Assembly: GCA_048013815.1 (NCBI GenBank)
Contig: CM106585.1
Location: 18,042,001-18,106,000, forward strand
Direction of reading: 5' to 3'
Source of the DNA: Setoptus koraiensis
Lineage: Eukaryota; Animalia; Arthropoda
DNA length: 64,000 nucleotides
Shown here: in pieces, positions 37,901-49,983 of the stretch
Layout: every line of letters begins with the position of its first letter
Numbering within the stretch: the stretch's first letter is position 1
Program-made: the position numbers and the translations under genes
Notes under the pieces: model-generated
Databases searched by the model: none
What the model was told of the DNA's origin: nothing
Seen by the model: only the letters and a program-made list of their open reading frames with translations

Positions 37901-40900
37901 ATTGTCGGGCACGCAGAGCTGCAGAGATTTGCAGCAATTGGCCAGTTACTGTGCCGGCGCTGGCAAGCTGTTGGCCCATTTGGCAGTCGATTGGGGCCGG
38001 CTGCTCGCCGGGCAATTGGTCAGCCAGCCAGCGGCAAGACAATGCGCGGCCCGCGACACTAATCCTGTTGATTTGGACGGGGCCATTTGGCCCACTGCTC
38101 TACGGCCAGTGGACGCGCGTACTTTTGTTTATTGGTTATTGTTGCTCGGTCAGATCTGGTATCGGCTGTATCTTGTGTCGCTGGTGCCCGCGCGGCCGGT
38201 TGCGCCGAGCCAGAGAACGGGCGAGCGAGAGCGTCGGGCACCAACGGCCGCGCGACAACGGCCCCATTGGCGGCGCAAGCCCAATAATTCCATAACCACT
38301 CATTTCATAAGTGTAATCAAACTTATATCAGACGAAGCTGGGCATAATTGCGCAACTACTTAGCTCGCGCTCACGATTCGGCCCCACAACACGGCCGCGC
38401 GACTCGACCCCACGACTGGGTCCACGATTTGGCCTTACGATTTAGCAGTCGGTCAGAGGGGCCACTCAAACTAATAACACACACACACACACACACACAA
38501 CGGCGAGCAGCGAGAGCAAAGGATTAGAGCCGCTCATACGCGAACGCCAGCCAATCAAATATCTGTATAATTTATGTCCGCTGTCACATAAATTGTGTTC
38601 GCTTGGTCTCTCAATTGTCGACAGTGTCGACAATTCGCACTGGTGTGTTGTCGCGGCAGCCCCCCCCCCCGCACGCCCGCTGTCATGCAAGCCCGCCGAC
38701 TCTGCAACGCTCAAACGCATTCGTATATACATTTGGGGCTGGCTTGCCATGATGCAAGCTTGCCATATATTTGCCATATATTTGCCGCACATTTGACGCC
38801 TTGCATCTTGTGATTGCTGCGGGCCAATTAGCCGACATTGGCCAGTGACACACGACGACCACGACCACGACAAAAAGCAACATCCAGTCATCTGACTGTC
38901 ACACAAACGACAGCGCTAATTGTTGTCGTTTAATTTGTTAAATTTGTTTGCTGCTGGCGACCGCTCTGCCAGACCCTGCCAGCCACTGCCATGCTGAGTC
39001 CGTTGCGAGTCTGGCGAGCCAGCGGATCGGATTGTGCCATTTGATGCTCGCCAGTTGGGCCACTCTATCCGAGCGGGCGCGTTGAGTAACACAATCGTTG
39101 TGGTCGTTGTTGTTGTCGTCGTTGTTGTCGTTGTTGTTGCTGTTGTTGTTGCTGTTGTTGCAACGGCAGCGCCACAACAATGACGGGCGCGATAATAATC
39201 GCAATGATGGCGGTAATAACAGCACTGATTATAATAATGATGATTCGTGCGTTAGCGGCCGGGCTTGTATTTCACGCTGGCCAATGTCATCTTTCTTTAA
39301 TCAATTTAATCGTGCGCAACAACCACGCAATTACTCGCAACGAGCAGCCACTCGCAACAACAACAACAACAACAGCAGCCAGTGAGCCAGCACAATCTGC
39401 CGAGTAGATGAAGCCGGCGGCCAATTGATTGCTCGCATGATACAAGTTGTATCAAGACGACGATGCAAATCATCTCTCCGCTACTCGACGCGCCGCCTAA
39501 TCTCTCCGGCAACAACACTAATCCCATTAATGCCCCGCGAGTGTCGCCTCCGCCCACAGATGGCGCTGGCGCGGCGGCGCAGGTACCTAGCTCTCTCTGC
39601 CGGCCGGGTCTCGGGCGGCTAGTCTATCGGCCATCGCCGATTTGATTCGTCGTTGGGGCCGGGGGGCCAGACGGGCGCTTATGCTTGCTGGAACGGGCGA
39701 CACAGTGCGCCCGTGGCCGCAGAGTAGAATACAATTTGTGTACAATTGTGTGCAATTGCGGCCGGCAACGCAAACACCGACAACACCGTCGCGAGCCGAA
39801 CGCCGACAACGCTGTCGGGGACGCACGACAAGGGGGAAGCTGCCCGCAGCGGCAAGCCAGTGGCCGCCGCCGGCCGCGAATATCTGGCCGGGGCAGCTCG
39901 CTGGTTTCCGACGCGGCGAGCGCCGGGCCCATTCAGCAATGTGCACGAGCGATTGTGCGCGCGATCCGACCGACAGCGCTCGCCAGCCGACAGCGCTCGC
40001 CAGCCAGAGACAGAGGGAGCGGGAGAGCTTTAGGCCTCATAGAGCACACGCTCGTTGCAAAGAAAAATCGCGCTTATTGGGGCTGCCCGCGTTACGTAAC
40101 AGCACTAGCGGCGCACTAGCTTAGCTCGGCGAGCGGGAGATAATAGATAGCAACAGTAGCGCTCCTGCTGAGAGGCGGCCGCCTATAACGCGCCAGCGGT
40201 AGCTGTGGCAACAGTCATGCAGTCATAATCATAAGCTTGGCCCCAGCGAGCGCTAATGCCGCCGAGCTAGCTAGCGGAGAAAAAATTGAGTTTCTCGCTT
40301 TGCCGAGCCAGACGGAGCGAGGGCGCACAGCCAGCGCGGGCCAAGCCAAGTAGGCACTAATAGCAGAAACCACCAACCATTAGTTTTGTTGCACAGCGAT
40401 GCTATCTTGGCGAGCAGACGCACAGCCCGACAAGCATGGAGACGCGGCAAGCCAGCCAGAAGCGGCTTATTAAAAGGCATTATGAAGCCGACAGGGATAA
40501 TAATAATGAATGTGACACACACAAACACTGCGGCTGCACTTGGCGCCGCCAGCGCTGCGCCGCTCCGGCAAGGTTACCCCTAATGCCGTCCGTCCATCCA
40601 GCCAGCTCCGTTCGTTGGCGAGCTAGCTTGCCGGAGCTGCCCGAGCCGCCCGCTAACGACGGCCGCGGCCGGCTTGCCGCCGGCCCGACGGTGCGGCGCC
40701 GCCGTCTTAGGCCGGGCGCGCACCGGCGGGTAGGCGCGCAAACGCGGCCAGCCAGCTCGCCGGGTTCGCCCGCTGCTCGCTGCGTCGGCCGTGCACGTAC
40801 TGGCGCCGCCGCCGCACGGACCAGTGGGCACAACGTCGCGCAGCGCGTCACACGAGTTGGCCCGTGCACGACAACTGGAGCACAACAGCGGCACAGCAGC

Positions 40901-43900
40901 GCGCAGCGCTGGCAAGCTAGCTCGCCAATGAACAGGGACGGCTGACTGGTCGCCGAGCGAGCCGCTTGCGCTGCGCCCGGTCGGAGGGCACCGATGTCGC
41001 GCGCGTACGGCGCCCACCGCCCGTGCACCGTGCACCAGTATAACCGTACATTGCACCAGTATAACCGTGTATTATGAACGGCGCGCAATGTGCTGCAAGA
41101 GTGCCATGGAACAGCGAGCAACACGGTGCCAGCGCCAAGTACGCTGGCCCGCCGAGGGCGCCTGCGCGCGGCCGAGCTCCGCGTACTCGGGGCGCACAAG
41201 CCGCCGCATTGACTGGCTGGCCGGCGGCCAGCCAGCCAGCCAGCCGCTAATGCTGCCATTGTCGGCATGGCCGGGATTGGCAGCGGCATTGTTGTTGCGA
41301 CTGCTGGCCGGCCCGGCCCGGCGCGCCGTTGCCGCTGCGATTGTTGGCAAGCCCAAATCTGCGCGGCGCCGCATCGCTGGCGAGCCGCCCGACACAACAC
41401 ACAACGCTGCTCGACACACAGCGCCGCTCAACACACAGCGCCGCACAGCAGTGAAAGTGTGCGGCGTATAGCGCTGCATAACTGCTGTTACATAACGGCG
41501 CGATGCGTCGCAGTTACACACTGACTGGGCTACAGTGGCGCCCGGCAAGCATAACACACTGGCCTGCCTAACGCGAGCCAGCGCGATGCAAGGTAGCCGG
41601 CGCCGGTGTATAAATAGCCAGCCACTACTGCTGTCCAGCGCTGGCCGCAGCCGTGTGCAAGTCGGACGCGAGTGGATGCTAGAGCGCGCGCTTATCTAAT
41701 AATAAGTTTTTGATCAAGAGCAACTCCGCACATCAATCATGGGGCATCCGCCGCTGCATCCTCTCATTTCGGCGCGCTGCCGGATCGCGCACAACAGTGT
41801 TGTCAGTCGGCGGCTCGCCGGCGCTGCCTGAAAACAGCGCCAGCGCTGACCGAGGAGAGACGCCGGCGAGCGAGCGGACACCGGCGGAGACGGCCGGCGC
41901 TCATTACTTTATTAGCGCGCGGCACAGCGGCGAGGCGCGAACGCCAAAGTGCGGCCCGCGGCGCGTCCGCGGGACAATGACACACAGCGCAAGGCGGCCC
42001 GTCGTCATTTTGTTTATTTTTATTGTCGCCGGTGTCTAATAACCAGGTTAATCATATTATGCGGCCGGCGGAGACAACGAGCCGCCCAGAAGCCCCTGAA
42101 GCAGCCATCTAAGCGCCCGCAAGAGCGCGCCATAATGGCCGTGTGCATGAATATTGTCGTTTAGCTGCTCACTTGGCGGCCCGTTATTGATGGCGGCGAC
42201 GCGGCAAGCCAGTTGTCGGTTGTCATAGTATCCGGCGCCCCAGTATCGGGAACGGCGCACCTGCTACGCGTGCTATACTGGCCTAGTATTAATAGGCGCT
42301 GCGTGCGCTATGTGCGGCTAGATCGCTGATATGCGATACTGACGCAAGCTGGCCGCGCGCGGCGCGGCACACGAGACGATTGTGCCGCTCGTCAGGCGGC
42401 ACAATTGCATTAGTCGAGGCTCGTAGATTATTATGATTGTATGTATATTATGTATATCATATGGCACACCGCGCGCTAACGGCTGTGCTGCTCGGGCCAG
42501 TTCGTTAGCGCGCGCAATGCGCTTTGCGCGTCTTGCCAGTGAGGTGAGCCAAGTGCGGTGAGCAATTATTTCGCCATTTTTAAGAATATCACAAAGCGTG
42601 GTAATAGTAGACAGACCGACAATTGAATAACTCAAAATAATGATAATAAAATACACAAAATAAAACAACTTGATCTATGCGCCGGGCGGGTGTGCGCGGC
42701 GCCCCAGCCAGCGGGCGGCGGGGCCGGCGGGCCAACGGGCCAACGGGAGCCAGCACAGGCAGCGGTGGCGGCAAATGAAGCGCGGATATAGAGCCGCGCA
42801 CGGTGCAGCGGGCCATATAGTGGTGGTTGTGGTGGCATAGAATATTCGCGGCCAGCATGGCATAATCGAATGAAAGGCGCGCACACACAGCGGCAGCAGC
42901 AGCAGACTGCCAACTTGCGCTTTTATAGTCGCGCTGGCTGCCAGCGACTGGCTGCCGGAGACTGGCTGCCGGAGACTGGCAAGACGCACACACACAAATC
43001 GAATCTGCAATCGCAAGCACACACACCACAGAGTTTGTGAGTAGAACTTTTGGAGCCGTTGCTGCCGCACCGCCGAGCTCCACATTGGACGGCTTGCAGC
43101 GCTTGCGGTGCTTGTGGTGCGCGCGATACGTATTATGCTGGCTGGCTGGCTGAGTGTGTGTGCGAGTTGGAGATACGCGCAATCGAACTCTTGCTCTTTG
43201 CTCGCTCGCTAGCCACACATACTGTGTAGTAAGGCAGTAGTAGTGCACACACACACACGAGTAATGCGGCTCGCAAGCAGTAGCACCAGATATTCGATTG
43301 TCGTTCGTTAGTCTCGTTAGTTGTGTCGTGTCGCCCGTTGTGTTGTTCTATTGTTGGTGCTTCTTGTGGCGCGCGCACTCACACACACACACACACAGAA
43401 CAATTGGCCAGAATTGCATCAAGCAAACACACATACACAATCATTTGTGCAACCGCCGCCATTTGTAAAATAATTACAATTCGACCATTAAACTCACCTC
43501 AGTTCGCTATTAATACGTTAATACGTAGCAATAATAACAAGCACTTCATGTTGCGCCGTTGTCAAGACACACACACAAACAGCAAACAAGAGACACAAAT
43601 CGATGTATCGCCATTATTAGTAATTTGAATATTATCATTATTATTGTTTAAATGATCGCGTGCAGCTAGAATTAACTGGCAACAACCGACCGGCACGCTC
43701 CGTCTTGCCAGAGTCTGTCTTCGCAGTCTGTCTTGGCAGTCTGTCTCCAAGTTGCAGCAGCAGCAGCCATCACCAAGGAGATAACAAGCCAATCGCCACC
43801 ATTGCTACTCGCGAGAGCGCAGACTTATTATTTGTATTATTACTATTATTATCCATTATTATCATTCAGTCGAACAGCAGCAGCACTAACAATCAATCAA

Positions 43901-45209
43901 GCTCCAGCGCAACAGTAATCACTGGACCGGGCCATTAACATTACAAGCCAGCAGCAACGCCAATTACATAACATTGCGCATTACATGTTGCTGGTTATTT
44001 AGTGATTTTTTACACACTCTGGGCGCCAACATGTCAGCGGCCGCCTGTTACAGCAACCGCCTGTGAGCTTGCCGCTTCCGTTGCTCAAGAGCCGGCCCAG
44101 CTTCGTCTTGTTGTGCCGTCATCCCGTCAGAGCATCCCTCGCTCGCTCTGACTGTCTGTCCTTTGCGGAATCGTTATCATCGCCACTGAACATAATCCAA
44201 ACCGAACAATTCAAATCGAACACATCACAATAATAAATTATTACACAACACACACCGACATACACACACACACACACATATTCACATTACAGCCGCCTAC
44301 AAGCGCAAGCAAACAGAACACAGAAGCAAACAGAAAGAATTGAAAGCGAGAAACAGCTAACCATAGCTAGCTTGCTAGCTGGCTTGGCGGAAGACTGCAT
44401 GAGAGTGCGGAGAGCGAGAGGGAGGGAGGAGAGAGAGATCAAAATAAGTATTGGATAAGTGAGCCAGAGATAGAAGGACTTGACTTGGCTAGGCTCGGCT
44501 AGACTTGAATTGACTCTCCACAGTGATACAGTGAGAGCACAACACACACACACACAGTTAGTGGCTGAGTGACTTTTTCATTTTAGATCCATGATTCACA
44601 GCTACATCTCTCGCTCTCTCTCTCTCGCCCTCTCTCTCTCTCTCGCACTCTCACTACGCCTATGAGTGTGTGTAATAGCATCATCGCCAACACCATTGTC
44701 CCCGTCATTTTGTGTCAAGCCTCGATATAGTCAGTGTGAGTGTGTGTGTGTGTGCGTGTGTGTCTCATCATCAATTAATTTCATCAATTGTGATAATAAT
44801 AATGATGATTGACTCTACAATACCAACACCACCACCATTCGTTGATAGTAATAATAATAATTGTGACCGTCATCATCATTGTGAGATCATTATGTAATTA
44901 ATACTACTCATTGTTGTTGTTGTTGCTGTTACCATACTACACATACACAAACACAAACAGATACTCATCATATTTATATATGTGAACGACTGACGCCAGC
45001 ACACATAATATCTTCATTATTATTATTATTATTATTGTTATTACTATTATTATAAATATCTCTCTGGGCAACAGCAACGTAACATGGTGTTGAAACGGAG
45101 ACAAAAATCTATATCTGACTCCAACTAGGAATTTGGAAAAAGTGGAAAGATATCAACAAGCACGAATCAGCTTATCTTACAACAAGGAGAGCCTAGGGCC
45201 AACCTTGTT

Positions 45210-46330
45210 GTAAGTGTGTGCTGTCTTTCTCTTTTTCACTCTATCCTTTTCTCAATCTTTGGCATACGCACAGATATACACACACAAATAAACAAATAGG
45301 CTCACTATCTCATTACTCATACATCACATCCAAAAAGATGCATACTTACAAAAAAGAGAAAACCACGTTGAGACAAGAACCCCTATAGAACAACCACAAC
45401 AACATACATCAACGACAACACTGAAACTCAACTACACAAATTATATTGTTGTCACTTGAAAATTGAGATAATTATCATTACTTCAAGATTGAGATCGAAA
45501 AAAATTGATATCCGACATAAAGGCGACATTACATATTAATAGTATCGACCGACAACTTAGTGAATCAAGCCGGAGCAAACTTTCTTTTGCCAGTCCATGT
45601 TGATGACTTGATTTAATGGGACTCGGCGCACCCATCTCACTCACGAGCGTTAGAAGCGCATACTGAAGATCGAATACAGACAAAAGCAAAGTAGAATAAT
45701 AATAATATAAATGAAAACTTGATAATAATAATTTCCAAGCTCGCTACACCTGTGTGTTCACGTTAAAAACAAACAAGAAAATATTACACTGTACTCACGA
45801 GCGATGAGAGAAGAAATATTACTCGAATACTTGGAAACATAAATCAAGGTAAGTGATAAATCTTACAGAGAGCAACAACTAATATGAAACTGTGATACCA
45901 TGAGGTATTAAAAAATGAAAGAAATGAAAAGAAAAAAAAACAGTGAATAGATTTGAAATAGGCGGTACCAGGGGCGCATGCGTGTTTCTTACCTTTGGAT
46001 TTTATATAAGTGCATCTATTTACGTAAACCCGAACTGTATGCTAGTAGCTTTTCGCATTTATTTGATACAATATAGCAGACTAGTCAGGCAGGCGAGACA
46101 AGTTGAGAGCGAGAGAGAGAGAGAGAGGTGTTGGGTAGATATTGCTGGACATCTATGTGTATTTGCGGCACGTATTTCAAAACTTACTAACATTTAGACA
46201 AACTTATCTTATATCACGATCATCACAAAATTATTCTACTCATATGCTGCCCCTGCGGCATGCATCATCAAAAAAACGTCTCAAAAACACGAAAACTGCC
46301 AGCAGAAAGACGAAAACTGCCAGCAGAAAG
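45210..46330 (+). other. Probable spliced 5' UTR of PMCA copy 1
   Basis: gtaagt at 45210 with a pyrimidine tract and cag at 45271-45273 (64-bp intron). Consensus donor AAG|GTAAGT at 45849, TACTAAC at 46185-46191, candidate acceptor AGs at 46197, 46302, 46305 and 46330. Confidence 0.4.
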
Positions 46331-49033
46331 ATGAGCGACCAATACCTGTCCCTGGCCCAGTTGAGGGAACTTATGGACCATAAGGGCCAGGAAGCAGTCA
46401 GATATATCAAAGAAAAATTTGGAACCCCTCAAAATTTATGCCTTCAATTAAATACCTCATCCAACGAAGGTCTATCAGGCAACGAAGATGACATTAATCA
46501 ACGAAAACAGTTATATGGTGAAAACTCAATTCCACCCTCTAAACCAAAAACATTTCTGCAATTAGTGTGGGAGGCATTACATGATGCTACATTGATTATA
46601 TTAGAGATAGCTGCAATTATTAGTTTAGCTTTAGCATTTTACTCAGCGCCAGCTGTAGACGAAGAAGATGGACCACATGGAGATGCGTCAGAACAAGAGG
46701 CCAGCTGGATAGAGGGTGCCGCCATTTTAGTTTCGGTATTGATTGTAGTTATCGTGACAGCCTTTAATGATTATACAAAAGAGAAACAATTTCGTGGATT
46801 ACAAAATCGTATTGAAACAGAACATAAATTTGCTGTTATTAGAGGCGGTGAAGTTATACAAATTCCAGTCAGTGACCTAGTGGTCGGCGACATATGTCAA
46901 GTAAAATATGGTGATTTATTACCAGCTGATGGTGTTATTATTCAAAGTAATGACCTAAAAGTAGACGAGAGTTCGCTTACTGGCGAATCAGACCATCTTA
47001 GAAAAGGCGAAGATAGTGATCCAATATTGTTTAGTGGTACACATGTCATGGAGGGAAGCGGTCGAATGGTTGTGACAGCCGTTGGTATTAACTCTCAAGC
47101 TGGTATTATATTTGCCCTATTGGGAGCTGCTCAAACAAAAGATGATGAAGATAAGAAGGCGGCTAGAAAACAAGCGAAAAAGTCGCGAAAAGCCAGGACT
47201 AAGTCGCAACCGGACATCGAAATGCAAACTAGCATGAAGACTAGCCAATCTGGCCAGGCAGGTGTTGCCGGTCAAACAGTGTCAGCAATAACAGAAAATT
47301 CTCCTATGATGGCAAATGCTATCTCTACTACTACTACTACTACTGCCAAACCGCACGATGCAACTAGTCAACAACTACAAGATGCAACTACTCAGCCTGG
47401 TGATCAACAAAGAAAATCTACCCAAGATGAGGAGCCTAATCGTCATAAAGACAAATCGGTTCTACAAGCAAAACTAACTAAACTAGCCATTCACATCGGT
47501 TATGCCGGATCAGGTATAGCTGTTATGACCGTCTTGATATTAATTATTCGTTTTATTATTACAAAATTTGTTGTTGAACGACAACAATGGCACATGCATC
47601 ATATACAATATTTTGTTAAATTTATCATTATTGGTGTTACTGTATTAGTTGTGGCAGTACCAGAGGGTCTACCATTGGCTGTAACGTTGGCATTGGCTTA
47701 TTCTGTAAAGAAAATGATGAAAGACAACAATTTAGTTCGTCATTTAGATGCTTGCGAGACAATGGGTAATGCCACTGCAATATGTTCAGATAAAACTGGA
47801 ACATTAACTACTAATCGTATGTCTGTAGTGCAATCGTATGTTTGCGGAAAGCGTTTTCATCAACCAAAACCCGACAATCAATATCTGACGCCTAAAGTAG
47901 TAGATTTACTTGTAGATGCAATATCGTTAAATAGTGCATACACAACACGAATTATGATGCCAGATACTCCAGGTGATTTGCCCAAGCAAGTGGGTAACAA
48001 AACTGAATGCTCATTATTAGGTTATGTATTAGATTTAGGACGTGATTATCAATCAGTAAGAAACTCATATCCCGAACAAAGGCTTTACAAGGTTTACACT
48101 TTTAATAGTGTTCGAAAATCAATGTCAACTGTTATCCAGTTACCTGACAATGCCGGTTTTCGGGTATTCACCAAGGGCGCCTCAGAGATAGTAATGAAAA
48201 AGTGCGTATTTATTTATGGCGAAAATGGAGAATTGAAACGATTTTCTCAGCAAGAACAAGAACGTGTACAGCAACAAGTAATAGAACCAATGGCGTGCGA
48301 TGGATTGCGTACAATTTGTATAGCATACAAAGATTATGTATGGAATCCTAAACAAATGAATGAAGTCAAAATGGATGCAGAACCAGATTGGGAAGACGAG
48401 TCAGCTATAGTTTCTCGCTTGACATGTTTGTGTATTGTAGGTATTGAAGATCCAGTAAGACCTGAAGTACCAGACGCTATTAAGAAATGTCAGCGAGCCG
48501 GCATCACTGTTCGAATGGTCACTGGTGACAATGTAAATACTGCTCGATCAATTGCAATCAAATGTGGCATAGTTACACCAGGCGAAGATTGGCTTATTTT
48601 AGAGGGTAAAGAGTTCAACAAGCGTATACGAGACGCAAACGGAGAGGTACAACAACATTTGTTTGATAAAGTGTGGCCTCGTCTTCGTGTTTTAGCTCGT
48701 TCGTCTCCATCTGATAAATACATTCTAGTCAAGCATATTATTGAGAGTAAATTGAATCCTAATCGTGAAGTGGTAGCCGTAACAGGAGACGGTACAAATG
48801 ACGGTCCTGCATTGAAGAAAGCCGATGTTGGATTCGCCATGGGCATTGCTGGTACAGACGTTGCAAAAGAGGCCTCAGATATTATACTAACAGACGACAA
48901 TTTTTCAAGTATAGTCAAAGCTGTGATGTGGGGCAGAAACGTCTATGATTCTATAGCGAAGTTTTTACAATTTCAACTCACTGTGAATGTTGTTGCAGTG
49001 ATAGTTGCCTTCATAGGAGCTTGTGCCATCGAG
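46331..49033 (+). CDS. PMCA: Plasma membrane Ca2+-transporting ATPase (P2B), copy 1, coding exon 1 (901 codons)
   Basis: MSDQYLSL start; motifs [20 protein letters not shown] (phospho-Asp codon at 47789), KGASE, TGDN and GDGTND. Donor GAG|gtaagt at 49034. Confidence 0.97.
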
Positions 49034-49167
49034 GTAAGTGCATATTTTGTTACAGTTGTTAATATATATATATATCACTATATGTATATATCACTTTTCC
49101 TCTATGTTGCTTTCTACTAATTTTCGAACTACTTACATGTTTATGTTTGTTTACTATGGAAATACAG

Positions 49168-49593
49168 GACAGTCCACTCAAGGCCGTTCAAATGCTTTGG
49201 GTCAACCTAATCATGGACACGTTAGCTTCTTTAGCCTTAGCTACCGAGATGCCGACACAAAGTCTATTGTTGAGAAAACCATATGGTCGCACCAAACCGC
49301 TCATTTCTCGGACCATGATGAAAAACATTGTTGGTCATGCCATATATCAACTAGTCGTCATCTTTTCTTTGTTATTCTTTGGACACAGATTGTTTGACAT
49401 TGACTCAGGTTTGAGCGTACCTCTTCACGCTCCACCATCACAACATTTTACAATCATATTTAATACTTTTGTTATGATGACGCTATTCAACGAGATCAAC
49501 TCTCGTAAGATCCATGGCGAGCGTAATATTTTTCAAGGATTATTTACAAATCCCATATTTTATGGTATCGTTATTGTTACAGCGATCGCTCAA
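49168..49593 (+). CDS. PMCA: PMCA copy 1, coding exon 2 ([11 protein letters not shown]...AIAQ)
   Basis: Acceptor tacag|, donor CAA|gtaagt, phase 0 on both sides; conserved TM5-TM8 region. Confidence 0.95.
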
Positions 49594-49689
49594 GTAAGTA
49601 TATGAAGATACCCATTTCCAGATCATACTATTCGTATTGCTATCAACATCTCATCCATTTTCTATCTCACAATCATCTCTTTATTACAG

Positions 49690-49983
49690 GTTATTATAGT
49701 GCAATATGGTGGCGTCGCATTTTCCACTGCCGCCCTCACGCTTGACCAATGGCTTTGGTGTATATTCTTTGGCATAGGTGTGTTGGTATGGGGTCAACTC
49801 ATCACCACTATACCAACCAAGAAGATACCGAAAAAATTCACCTGGGGCAGCGGACCACCCGATGAAATGTTAGACGTTGCTTCATCGCTTGTTGAGGACG
49901 GCAGTAGTGGTTCATTGAGCCAGGATGTCAAGAGGAGCGGGCAAATTCTTTGGATCCGCGGTTTGACCAGACTACAAACTCAG
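49690..49983 (+). CDS. PMCA: PMCA copy 1, coding exon 3 (VIIVQYGG...ILWIRGLTRLQTQ)
   Basis: Acceptor ttacag|, donor CAG|gtatgt; ends in the N-terminal half of the calmodulin-binding domain at the conserved splice site C. Confidence 0.95.

Noticed and set aside
44882-44903. TGAGATCATT, matching the 5' end of bantam miRNA
   Set aside because: The 3' half does not match and there is no complementary arm to form a hairpin.
45860-45885. Similarity to 61950-61980 upstream of PMCA copy 2 (shared gagagcaaca)
   Set aside because: A 10-nt match between two regions of about 1 kb is expected by chance, and the alignment does not extend.
46142-46243. ORF-track start 63 codons upstream of MSDQ
   Set aside because: Non-ATG start in probable intron/UTR sequence; copy 2 identity and PMCA homology begin at 46331.
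48490-48918. 142-aa antisense ORF
   Set aside because: Shadow frame of the PMCA coding strand.
49034-49120. 3' end of the 992-aa ORF as the PMCA C-terminus
   Set aside because: Read-through into intron 1 past a consensus donor; the conserved sequence resumes at 49168.
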